NCBI GenBank assembly: GCA_963822965.1
Contig: CAWGJT010000005.1
Span: forward strand, 1,504,001 to 1,568,000
DNA from: an uncultured delta proteobacterium
GTDB lineage: Bacteria; Myxococcota_A; UBA9160; UBA4427
DNA: 64,000 bases
Direction: 5' to 3'
A program made the translations under genes and the position numbers. The notes beneath the pieces are model-generated. The model made no database searches. It was not told where the DNA came from and was given only the letters and a program-made list of their open reading frames with translations. This document shows positions 10,056 through 18,816 of the stretch, in pieces (position 1 is the first letter of the stretch; each line of letters opens with the position of its first letter).

Positions 10056-11329
10056 GAATCTTCGAGGAAATGGAATCCGAAGTGCGGGGCTACATCCGCT
10101 CGTTTCCCGCGATCTTCGACCGGGCCGAGGGATCGCTCCTCTACGACGAGCAGGGCAACCGATACATCGACTTCTTCGCCGGCGCCGGGACGCTCAACTA
10201 CGGGCACAACAACCCGCTGATCACCGAGGCGCTGATCGCCTACCTGAAGAGAAACGGGATCGTCCATGGTCTCGACAAGGCGACCGTGGCGAAGCGCGAC
10301 TTCCTGCAGGCGCTGCGCGACACGCTGTTGGTACCGCGCAACCTGACCTACAAGGTGCAGTTCACCGGACCCACCGGCACGAATGCGGTGGAGACGGCGC
10401 TGAAGCTCGCCCGGATGGTCAAGCGGCGATCGAACATCATCAGCTTCACCAACGGATACCACGGCATGACCATGGGATCCCTGGCGGTCACGGGGAACTA
10501 CTTCTACCGGGACGAGTCCTACGGCGCGCGGAACAACGTGGCCTTCATGCCCTACGACGGCTACTTCGGTCCGGAGGTGAACACGATCGACTACCTCCGT
10601 CGCTTCCTGGAGGATCCGAGCAGCGGCGTCGACGTGCCCGCCGCCGTCATTCTCGAGACCGTGCAGGGCGAAGGCGGAATCCACGTCGCCCGCGTCGAAT
10701 GGCTCCAGCAGCTGCAGGCACTCTGTCGCGAGTTCGACATCCTCCTCATCGTCGACGACATCCAGGTCGGCAACGGACGAACCGGCACCTTCTTCAGCTT
10801 CGAACGAGCCGACATCCAGCCGGACATGGTCACGGTCTCGAAGTCGATCGGCGGCGGCCTGCCCCTGGCGATGCTCCTGATTCGACCGGAGCTCGACCAG
10901 TGGCAGCCGGGCGAGCACACCGGCACCTTCCGCGGCAACAACCTGGCGTTCGTCGCCGCCACCCAGGCGCTCCGGTACTGGGAGAACGACGACCTCGCCC
11001 AGGCGGTCGAGTACAAGGGCGGCATCCTCCGGTCCGAGCTCGAGCGCATCGCCGAGAAGTTCCCCGAGCTCGAGGCGCAGGTGCGCGGGATCGGCATGGT
11101 CTGGGGCATCGAGTTTCCGCAGCCGGGCGTGGCCAGCGAAGCCGCCCGCGAGGCCTTCGGGCACCATCTGGTGCTCGAGACGGCCGGGGCCGAGGATCAC
11201 GTCCTCAAGTTCCTGCCGCCCCTGGTCATCGAGGAGGAGCTGCTACGGGAAGGGCTCGAAGTCGTCGAGAAGTGTCTGGCGACCCTGCTGGAGAAGCGGC
11301 AGCGGACGATCCTGGGAACGGAACGATGA
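10052..11329 (+). CDS. ectB: Diaminobutyrate--2-oxoglutarate transaminase
   Basis: ESEVRGYIRSFP, DFFAGAGTLNYGHN, DDIQVGNGRTG, PLP Lys in SKSIGG, and GEHTGTFRGNN. TTG start after AAGGAGG overlaps the ectA stop. Confidence 0.95.
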   Translation: MRIFEEMESEVRGYIRSFPAIFDRAEGSLLYDEQGNRYIDFFAGAGTLNYGHNNPLITEALIAYLKRNGIVHGLDKATVAKRDFLQALRDTLLVPRNLTYKVQFTGPTGTNAVETALKLARMVKRRSNIISFTNGYHGMTMGSLAVTGNYFYRDESYGARNNVAFMPYDGYFGPEVNTIDYLRRFLEDPSSGVDVPAAVILETVQGEGGIHVARVEWLQQLQALCREFDILLIVDDIQVGNGRTGTFFSFERADIQPDMVTVSKSIGGGLPLAMLLIRPELDQWQPGEHTGTFRGNNLAFVAATQALRYWENDDLAQAVEYKGGILRSELERIAEKFPELEAQVRGIGMVWGIEFPQPGVASEAAREAFGHHLVLETAGAEDHVLKFLPPLVIEEELLREGLEVVEKCLATLLEKRQRTILGTER

Positions 11330-11412
11330 GCATGCGGCCGACCCGAAGGGGCGGGAGACTCGACGGCGACGAGCTCCTTCCGCCGCAGAAGCGGCAGAAA
11401 GGCGCCGAATGA
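11326..11412 (+). CDS. Putative 28-aa micro-ORF bridging ectB and ask
   Basis: ATGA overlap with the ectB stop and ATGA overlap with the ask start. Sequence MSMRPTRRGGRLDGDELLPPQKRQKGAE. Confidence 0.4.
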   Translation: MSMRPTRRGGRLDGDELLPPQKRQKGAE

Positions 11413-12803
11413 GCTCCCCGGACGTCGAGCGAAACGACGAGCGACCCATCGTCTGCAAGTTCGGTGGCAGCTCCGTGGCCGACGCGGGCCAGATCGAGAA
11501 GGTTCGGGACATCGTCGTCGCCGACCCTCGACGGCGCTTCGTGGTCGTCTCGGCACCCGGCCGCTCGCGGGTGGACGAAGAGAAGGTGACCGATCATCTG
11601 CTGAACATCGCCACCGACGGCGAGCACTTTCGAAGCCAGCGAAAGCCCATCCCGGCCTCCGAGAGCCGAAAGAGCGTGATGGAGAAGTTCGAGGGGCTCG
11701 TCCGGGATCTCGGCGTCGACGGCGATTCGCTCCTGCACGACCTGGAGGGAGACCTCGAGCCCGAGCTCGAAGGCGACGAGCGCATCGCCTTCCTGGCGTC
11801 GCGCGGCGAGCACTACAACGCGCGGATCATCGCCAGCTATCTCCGGAAGCGCGGGACGAACGCCCGCGCCTGCCTGCCCGAGGAGATCGGCTTCCTGGTC
11901 AGCGACGAGCTCCTGAACGCGAAGGTCCTCGACGAAGCCTATCCCCGGCTGGCGTGCCTGGACGACGGGACGGATTCCGTCGCCGTGGTGCCGGGCTTCT
12001 ACGGCGTGACCCGGAGCGGCAAGATCGCGGTCTTCTCCCGCGGGGGCTCCGACCTCACGGGGGGCGAGCTGTCGTACGCCCTCGAGGCGGAGACCTACGA
12101 GAACTGGACGGACGTCAGCGGCGTGATGGAGGTGGACCCGCGCATCATCGCCGACGCGCGGGCCATCCCCCGACTGACCTTCAAGGAGATCCGTCTGCTC
12201 GCGTCGAAGGGGTTCAACGTCTTCCACCTCGACGCCATGCTGAGCTGCCGGAAGCGGAAGATCCCCATCCAGATCCGCAATACCAACCGACCCGGCGAGC
12301 CGGGAACCATGATCCTCAACGAGCGTGTTCCCGAGGAAGGGGTGGTGGGGATCGCCCAGCTGGAGAACGTCGCGTACATCTACCTCGAGAAGGAAACTCT
12401 AAGCGAAGAGCTCGGCTTCACGGCGAGGCTGCTGTCGGTGTTCCGGGACTTCGGGATCAACACCTACCACTACCCCACCGACCGGGACGACATCGCGGTC
12501 CTGGTGGATCAGGACGACCTGGAAGGCACCATCAACGACCTGCGGCGGGCGATCGAGATGCAGCTCGAGCCCGACTTCATGGACGTCGTCTACAACCTGG
12601 CGATCCTCACGCCGGTGGGCCTCGGGTTGAAGCGCAACTCCTACCCGATCGTCGACGCCCTGAATGCCCTGGCCAAGAACCACATTCCGATCGAGATGAT
12701 CGACCAGAGCCCCTCGCAGATGTGCTTTCACATCGGCGTCAGCCAGTCCGTCGCCGACGACGCCCTGCGGATCCTCCACCGCGCCCTGATCGCACCCGGC
12801 TGA
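11409..12803 (+). CDS. ask: Aspartate kinase (ect-cluster associated)
   Basis: KFGGSS, VVVSAPG, FSRGGSD and ENWTDVSG motifs, with C-terminal ACT-like domains. Confidence 0.93.
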   Translation: MSSPDVERNDERPIVCKFGGSSVADAGQIEKVRDIVVADPRRRFVVVSAPGRSRVDEEKVTDHLLNIATDGEHFRSQRKPIPASESRKSVMEKFEGLVRDLGVDGDSLLHDLEGDLEPELEGDERIAFLASRGEHYNARIIASYLRKRGTNARACLPEEIGFLVSDELLNAKVLDEAYPRLACLDDGTDSVAVVPGFYGVTRSGKIAVFSRGGSDLTGGELSYALEAETYENWTDVSGVMEVDPRIIADARAIPRLTFKEIRLLASKGFNVFHLDAMLSCRKRKIPIQIRNTNRPGEPGTMILNERVPEEGVVGIAQLENVAYIYLEKETLSEELGFTARLLSVFRDFGINTYHYPTDRDDIAVLVDQDDLEGTINDLRRAIEMQLEPDFMDVVYNLAILTPVGLGLKRNSYPIVDALNALAKNHIPIEMIDQSPSQMCFHIGVSQSVADDALRILHRALIAPG

Positions 12804-12899
12804 GCCGAACGTCCCGGGCGACGTGCCCTCCCAATCGGCCGCACCGAAGCGGCCGGCGCCGGGCGGGCTGCGATACGACGACGACCACCCGCTCCGCCA

Positions 12900-13802
12900 C
12901 TACACGGAGCGCGGATCCGAGCTGCGGCGACCGCCCTCCAGCCAGGCGGTACCGGCGGGCGGAAGCAGGTCGCCGACGCGCTTCGCGTAGGCCTCGACCT
13001 CCTCGGGGGTCAGCACGTCCCGCCAGCGCCCGTTGGTGCCCTTGAAGAGGAAGCCCTTCGCGCCCCCCTCGAAGAGACGCTCGAAGTCGCCGATCTCCGA
13101 GCCGCGCGCCTGCATCGATTCGAACGTGCAGCGTTCGACGACGCCCGGCCAGCGGGAGGCCGGAACCTCGATGTCAAGGAACTCCGCGATGCGCCGCATC
13201 TCCCCCGCGAGGTCGGCCTTCAGATCGTTGTAGTGCACGAGCAGCTGGTTCGGCTCGTGACGGCGCTCCCAGAAGCCCGCGACGTGCTCGAGCATGCCCA
13301 TGGCCGGAAGCCAGATCGAGAAGAAGCCGTGGACGTCTCCGGTCCACGGCGGCATCTGCATCAGGTCCTCCCCGGCGATGCGCGCGTTCAGCTCGTCGCG
13401 CACGTCGTTCCGGAAGCGTTCCATGTGGTTGCACATGGACATGAAGGCGTCCCGCCCGTCGCGCGCCACGAAGATGTACTTCGCGTCCGGGAAGAAGGGA
13501 ATCCCGTCGGCGGGCGTGTGGCTCTTGATGAAGCGCCGGTGCTGCTGCGCTTCCAGTCGCGCCAGCACCTCTTCAATGGGGTCGAACTGCGCCTCGAGCC
13601 AGGGCGAGATCGTGACCACCGGCCCCGGCACGTCGCCGTCCGGCCAGAGCAGGCTCGACACGATGGTCTGGGTCCAGGTCGTTCCGCATTTCGCCGGCGT
13701 GCATACGAAGATGTCGCCGGGACGAGGCGTGAAGCCGGCCCAGCGACGGTTGTCGGCGACGGCGCTGCGATAGGGGCGGAGAGATTCGATGGAGACGGGC
13801 AT
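12900..13802 (-). CDS. Aryl/glycolipid-type sulfotransferase (Sulfotransfer_1)
   Basis: DIFVCTPAKCGTTW, FIKSH, ARDGRD and KGTNGRWRD motifs. Start estimated at MPVSIES. Confidence 0.88.
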   Translation of the reverse strand: MPVSIESLRPYRSAVADNRRWAGFTPRPGDIFVCTPAKCGTTWTQTIVSSLLWPDGDVPGPVVTISPWLEAQFDPIEEVLARLEAQQHRRFIKSHTPADGIPFFPDAKYIFVARDGRDAFMSMCNHMERFRNDVRDELNARIAGEDLMQMPPWTGDVHGFFSIWLPAMGMLEHVAGFWERRHEPNQLLVHYNDLKADLAGEMRRIAEFLDIEVPASRWPGVVERCTFESMQARGSEIGDFERLFEGGAKGFLFKGTNGRWRDVLTPEEVEAYAKRVGDLLPPAGTAWLEGGRRSSDPRSV

Positions 13803-13917
13803 GGGCGGGCCTGCGACCTCCGGGGTGGATCGGCTCGAAGCCGGCGGCGGATCGCCGCGGAGCTTGGCACGGATCCGCGCGCCCGTCATGTCGCCGGGAG
13901 AGCGGCGGGGCGACCGC

Positions 13918-15036
13918 TCACCGCCTGACGAGCGCCACGCCCTTGATCTGCGCGAACACCACCAAGCCGGGAGCGAGGGCCAGCGCCTCCCGGGACCGGC
14001 GGGTCACGCGCCCCACGATCCGGGCGCCGGAGCCGTCCTCGCCGAGTCCCACCACGAGGTTCTCCTGGGCGTCGTCGTCGTCCTGACGGCTGACGGAGAG
14101 GATCCGACCGGGGAGGCTATTGAGGATGGTCGTGTCCACGGGCCGCGCGCGGCTGAAGCTCACGTCCGATGCGCGGATGCGCAAGCGCCGGCGGCTTCCG
14201 GGGACGCCCTGGCGACCGGGGACGACGAGCGTTCCCCCTTCGATGGACAGCGTCGTGAGCGCGTGCTCTTCGTCGACCGAGACCACGCGGGCCTCGACGG
14301 TCACGGCGGCCTCCGGCGCGCGCAGGAGCGGCAGCTCGGGGTCGGCTTCGAGGGCGCGGAGCGATCCGCAGGCGAGCACGCGCCCGCGCTCGAAGAGCAC
14401 CAGCGTGTCCGCCAGTCGCTCGACCTCGTCGAGATCGTGGCTCACGTAGAGGATCGGAATCGACAGGCTCTCGTGGAGCGTCTCCAGATAGGGGAGGATC
14501 TCCTCCTTCGTCCCGCGATCCAGGCCGGCGAGCGGCTCGTCCATCAGGAGCAGGCGCGGCCGGGACAGCAGGGCGCGGCCGACGGCGACCCGCTGGCGCT
14601 CGCCGCCGGAGAGGCTCCTGGGGCCCCGGGCGAGCAGGTGGCCCATGCCGAGCAGGTCGACCACGTCCCCGAAGCCGAGCGAGTGCGCGCTGCCCGCGCT
14701 CCCGGCGCGCCGCGCCCCGTAGAGCAGATTGCCCCGGACGGACAGGTGCGGGAAGAGGCTCGCTTCCTGGAACACATAGCCGACGGGACGCTCGTGCGGC
14801 TTGCGAAAGGTCCGGCTGGCGTCGTCCTGCCACGTCTCGTCGCCGACGGTGAGGCGCCCGGCCAGGCGCTGTAGGCCGGCCACGCACCGCAAGACCGTCG
14901 TCTTGCCGCAGCCCGAAGGCCCGAACAGCGCGGTGACGCCGCGCATGGGCGCCTCGAAGTCGACGTCGACCGGGAAGCTCCCGAGCGTGCCGCCGAAGGT
15001 CGCGCCGAGGGTCGCCTCGCCGTGCCCGTGCGTCAT
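13918..15036 (-). CDS. modC: Molybdate ABC transporter ATP-binding protein
   Basis: [16 protein letters not shown] and LLLMDEP motifs, plus a C-terminal TOBE/Mop domain. ATGA overlap with modB. Confidence 0.93.
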   Translation of the reverse strand: MTHGHGEATLGATFGGTLGSFPVDVDFEAPMRGVTALFGPSGCGKTTVLRCVAGLQRLAGRLTVGDETWQDDASRTFRKPHERPVGYVFQEASLFPHLSVRGNLLYGARRAGSAGSAHSLGFGDVVDLLGMGHLLARGPRSLSGGERQRVAVGRALLSRPRLLLMDEPLAGLDRGTKEEILPYLETLHESLSIPILYVSHDLDEVERLADTLVLFERGRVLACGSLRALEADPELPLLRAPEAAVTVEARVVSVDEEHALTTLSIEGGTLVVPGRQGVPGSRRRLRIRASDVSFSRARPVDTTILNSLPGRILSVSRQDDDDAQENLVVGLGEDGSGARIVGRVTRRSREALALAPGLVVFAQIKGVALVRR

Positions 15037-15716
15037 AGCCCGGGACGTCCGATCCGCTTCTCGAGCAAGCGCATCGTCAGGATGACCACGAACGAGAAGG
15101 CCAGCATGCCGCCGGCCAGCACGTGAGCCTGGGTCCATTGCAGGGTCTCGACGTACTCGTAGATCGCCACCGAGAGCACCTTCGTCTCGCCCGGAATGCT
15201 GCCTCCGATCATCAGGACCACCCCGAACTCGCCCACGGTATGCGCGAAGCCGAGGACGGCGCCGGTCATGAAGCCCGGCCGGGCGAGGGGCACGGCGACC
15301 GACCAGAACGCGTCCCAGGGTGAGGCGCGCAGGGTCGCGGCCACCTCGAGCGGGCGGTCGCCGAAGGCCTCGAAGGCGTTGCGGATGGGCTGGACGACGA
15401 ACGGCATGGAGTAGAAGACCGATCCGATCACGAGTCCTTCGAACGAGAACGCCAGGGTGCGCCCACCGAAGAGGCCGGCCACCCAGCCCCCCGGCCCGTT
15501 CGGACCCAGGGCGAGCAGCAGGTAGAAGCCCAAGACCGTGGGCGGCAGCACCAGCGGCAGCGCCACGACGCTGGCCACCACCTCCTTCCAGCGGGCCTTC
15601 GAGCGGGCCAGCCACCAGGCGATGGGCGTTCCCACCGCCAGCAACACCAGCGTCGTGATCGATGCCAGCGCGAGTGTCAGGCGGACTGCCGACGCGATCT
15701 CCGCGAAACCCTGCAT
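15033..15716 (-). CDS. modB: Molybdate ABC transporter permease
   Basis: [15 protein letters not shown] and [16 protein letters not shown] motifs. Confidence 0.95.
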   Translation of the reverse strand: MQGFAEIASAVRLTLALASITTLVLLAVGTPIAWWLARSKARWKEVVASVVALPLVLPPTVLGFYLLLALGPNGPGGWVAGLFGGRTLAFSFEGLVIGSVFYSMPFVVQPIRNAFEAFGDRPLEVAATLRASPWDAFWSVAVPLARPGFMTGAVLGFAHTVGEFGVVLMIGGSIPGETKVLSVAIYEYVETLQWTQAHVLAGGMLAFSFVVILTMRLLEKRIGRPGL

Positions 15717-15719
15717 CGG

Positions 15720-16448
15720 CTATTCCCCGGCCCTGTAGCCGTAGGCTTCCAGGACGGCCCGCGCGGCGGGCCCCTTCAGGAAGTCGAGAAACGCTCGCGC
15801 GGCCTCGTCGTGCGCGCCACGCTCGAGCAGGACCGCGTCCTGCGCGATGGGGGCATGCAGGTCGTCGGGCACGATCCACCGCGACCCGCCGGCGTGTCGG
15901 GCCACCTGCGACAGCGCGACGAAGCCGACCTCGGCGTTGCCGGTCTCCACGAACTGGTAGGCCTGGGCAACGTTGCTGCCGAACACGATCTTCCGGGCCA
16001 GGGCGTCGTACACGCCGAGCGCTCTCATGGTCTGGACGGCGGCGGCGCCGTAGGGGGCCGTCGTCGGATTGGCGACGGCGATCTTCGCGAAATCGCCCCC
16101 TCGCAGGGTCGCCGCTCCCCGCACCCGGGCTTCGTCCGGGCTGAAGAGCACGAGCCGCCCGGTCGCATAGGTGAAGCGGCTCGCCGGCACCGCGAAGCCT
16201 TCCGCGACCGCCTTCTCGGGCCGGACCTGGTCTGCGGCGAGAAACACGTCGAAGGGCGCTCCCTGGCTGATCTGCGCGTAGAGCTGGCCCGTCGAGCCGA
16301 AGCTCAAGAGGGCGCGGTGTCCTGTCTGCCGCTCGAAGAGCGCCCCGATCTCCCCGGCGGCGGCGGCGAAGTTGGCAGCGACCGCAACCCGGGTCTCGCC
16401 CGCGCGTGCCGCGGGGGTCCCCCCAGCGACCTGCGCTGCGAGGAGCAC
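15720..16448 (-). CDS. modA: Molybdate ABC transporter periplasmic binding protein (start uncertain)
   Basis: VAVAANF, GSTGQLYAQI..GAPFDVFLAA and ANP..APYG motifs. Confidence 0.93.
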   Translation of the reverse strand: MLLAAQVAGGTPAARAGETRVAVAANFAAAAGEIGALFERQTGHRALLSFGSTGQLYAQISQGAPFDVFLAADQVRPEKAVAEGFAVPASRFTYATGRLVLFSPDEARVRGAATLRGGDFAKIAVANPTTAPYGAAAVQTMRALGVYDALARKIVFGSNVAQAYQFVETGNAEVGFVALSQVARHAGGSRWIVPDDLHAPIAQDAVLLERGAHDEAARAFLDFLKGPAARAVLEAYGYRAGE

Positions 16449-16539
16449 GGCGGCGCAAAGCCGAGCGAAGGTACGGACCGGCGAATCGAGATGCTCCTAC
16501 GATGGGCATCCGAATTGAAACATGCCGGCTCGGGAACGG

Positions 16540-16608
16540 CTAGCCGAGGGAGCCCGTCGGGCCCCCTTTGCGGCGGAACCGCGACCCAAGACTTCGTCTT
16601 GGGTCGCG
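16540..16608. repeat. Two-hairpin REP-like element, copy 1
   Basis: CTAGCCGAGGGAGCCC-gtc-GGGCCCCCT hairpin followed by a perfect 13-bp stem CGCGACCCAAGAC/GTCTTGGGTCGCG (16580-16608). The first 34 nt match the reverse complement of 58959-58992 at 29/34 positions. Confidence 0.6.
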
Positions 16609-16636
16609 CTCCTGGCGTCGAGGAGCGCGCCGCGCG

Positions 16637-17293
16637 TCAGCGACCTCGCAGACTGAGCTTCCGGAGCTCTTTGTCGTTGCCCGCGACGAGCAGGGAGTCG
16701 GACGGCTTCAGCTTCGCGGTGGGATCCGGCGGAACCACGAGCCGGCCCGTGAGGATGTCGCGCACCCCTACCACCTGCAGGCGAAGCTTCTCGCGCGGCT
16801 CGAGCTCGACGAGGGTCTGCCCCATCCAGCTCTGGGGCACCTCGATCTCCTGCATCGAGAACCCGTCCCCGATGGGCGTGTAGTCGAGCACGGCCCTCGA
16901 TACGATGCGGCGCGCCAGTCGCGAGCCCGCGTCGCGCTCGGGGAAGACCGCCTCGGTGACGTCGAGACGATCGAGGGCTCGCGCCGCGTTGACCGACCGC
17001 GCCTTGGCGTAGATCTCGCGTACGCCCACGTCCCGCAGCGCCATGATCGCGAGAATCGTCGTGGAGAGATCCTCCCCGGTCGCGATCACGGCCGCGTCCA
17101 CGTCGTGGATGGCGATCCGCTCGAGCAGCGCCGGATCGGTGGCGTCGCCGACGACGGCCCGCGTCACCCACTCCGCGTGGCGGTCCACGAGCTCCTCGTC
17201 GCGTTCGATCGCGATCACCTCGTGGCCCGTTTCGCACATGCTCTTCGCAAACCAGAATCCGAACGCGCCCAGCCCGACCACCAGGACCCGCAT
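16637..17293 (-). CDS. trkA: Trk/Ktr potassium uptake NAD-binding subunit
   Basis: VVGLGAFG Rossmann motif, with RCK_N and RCK_C (TrkA-C) domains. Confidence 0.9.
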   Translation of the reverse strand: MRVLVVGLGAFGFWFAKSMCETGHEVIAIERDEELVDRHAEWVTRAVVGDATDPALLERIAIHDVDAAVIATGEDLSTTILAIMALRDVGVREIYAKARSVNAARALDRLDVTEAVFPERDAGSRLARRIVSRAVLDYTPIGDGFSMQEIEVPQSWMGQTLVELEPREKLRLQVVGVRDILTGRLVVPPDPTAKLKPSDSLLVAGNDKELRKLSLRGR

Positions 17294-17379
17294 GTACCTA
17301 CCTCCCAGCCGGCGGATTCGATCCCGCCTCGATCCGGTCTATCCCGATTCCCTCGACGCCTCGTCCGCACGCATGCGCC

Positions 17380-18765
17380 TCATCCCACGATCACGTCCTC
17401 GTGGGCGAAGCGGAAGCGCACCCGGCGGCGGAACCGGGTCGCCATCGCCGCAAGCACGATGAGCGGTCCGATCCGCCCGAACACCATCGTCGGGACGAGC
17501 ACGAGACGCCCGAAGGGGCTGAGCTCGGACGTCGCCCCCATGGACAGTCCCACGGTGCTGAAGGCACTCTGCACCTCGAAGACGAGCCGCACCAGCTGGG
17601 GTCGGTCCGCCCAGCGATCCCCCGCCAGCTCGGTCACGAGCAGCAGGAAGAGCAGCATGCCCAGCAGCAGCACGGCCCCCGCCGCCAGTCCCGTCGCCCG
17701 CTGGAGCGTCTCCCGGGGCACCGTGCGCCCCCCGAGCGAGATCTGCTCGTCGCCCGCGAGGCGGCTCCAGAGCAGCAGGCCGAGCAGCGCCACCGTGGTG
17801 ACCTTGACGCCGCCGGCCACCGAGGCGGGCGCGCCGCCGATCCACATGAGAGCAAGGGTGAGGAAGAGCGAAGGATTGGAGACGGCGTCGTAGTCCACCG
17901 TATTGAACCCTGCCGTGCGCGCCGTCACCGCCATGAAGAAGGCGTTCACGGAGCGGTCGAAAACGCCGAGAGGATCGAGCTCGTGGTGCCATTCGAAGAC
18001 CAGGTACAGGAGAGTCGACCCCGCCAGCAGCACGGCGGTTGCACCGAGCACGAGGCGCGTGTGGAGGGTGAGCCGCGAGTGCCGGCCCCGGAGCCAGTAG
18101 CGGAGGTCCTGGATCACCGGGAAGCCCAGGCCGCCGGCGACGATCAGGAACGCCAGGGTCAGCACCAGGGCCGGTCGCTCCCGATAGCCCACGAGGGAGT
18201 CGCTGAAGAGGGAGAACCCCGCGTTGCAGAAGGCGGAGATGCTGTGGAAGATGGCCAGCCAGGCCGCCCCGGCGGCGCCGGCGTCCCCGTACCAGTCCAC
18301 CCAGAGGACCAGCGCGCCCGCAGCTTCCAGGCCCAGGGTGAAGCCCACCGCGGTCCGTAGCACGCGGGCGGCGGCCTGGGCCGGAAGCACCGTCGTCTGC
18401 CCTCCGGCGGCTTCCTGCGCTTCGACGCCCAGCCGCACGCCCGTGAGCGAGACGATGACGCTGGCAAGGGTGAGGATGCCGAGCCCGCCCGCCTGGACGA
18501 GAAGCAGGAGCCAGGCCTGGCCCCAGAACGTGAAGTCCTTCGACACGTCCGCAACCACGAGGCCGGTCACGCACACGGCGCTCGTCGCCATGAAGAGCGA
18601 GTCCACCCAGCCGAGACCCTTGCCGGTATAGAGGCCGGGCAGGACCATGAAGCCGATCGTGCCCACCGCGATCAGGCCGACGAACGAGAGCGCCACGAGC
18701 TGGGGGGCGGAGAGGCTGCGCCTCGCGGCCGCCACGCTGTCGCGCGCTCCCGTCGGGTCGAGCAA
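17380..18765 (-). CDS. trkH: TrkH/KtrB potassium uptake membrane subunit
   Basis: Four pore motifs: SAVCVTGL, SAFCNAGF, TARTAGF and SAFSTVGLS. Confidence 0.92.
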   Translation of the reverse strand: MLDPTGARDSVAAARRSLSAPQLVALSFVGLIAVGTIGFMVLPGLYTGKGLGWVDSLFMATSAVCVTGLVVADVSKDFTFWGQAWLLLLVQAGGLGILTLASVIVSLTGVRLGVEAQEAAGGQTTVLPAQAAARVLRTAVGFTLGLEAAGALVLWVDWYGDAGAAGAAWLAIFHSISAFCNAGFSLFSDSLVGYRERPALVLTLAFLIVAGGLGFPVIQDLRYWLRGRHSRLTLHTRLVLGATAVLLAGSTLLYLVFEWHHELDPLGVFDRSVNAFFMAVTARTAGFNTVDYDAVSNPSLFLTLALMWIGGAPASVAGGVKVTTVALLGLLLWSRLAGDEQISLGGRTVPRETLQRATGLAAGAVLLLGMLLFLLLVTELAGDRWADRPQLVRLVFEVQSAFSTVGLSMGATSELSPFGRLVLVPTMVFGRIGPLIVLAAMATRFRRRVRFRFAHEDVIVG

Positions 18766-18816
18766 GTCCGGTCCCCCCGCCGCCGCACGCCACCCCCGTG
18801 CAGCGGATTGGATTGT

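Noticed and set aside
16490..16630. Moco/tungsten riboswitch upstream of modA
   Set aside because: Hairpins are present, but I could not match the conserved Moco motif core. A homologous structure occurs at an unrelated locus in the opposite orientation. An Rfam scan would settle it.
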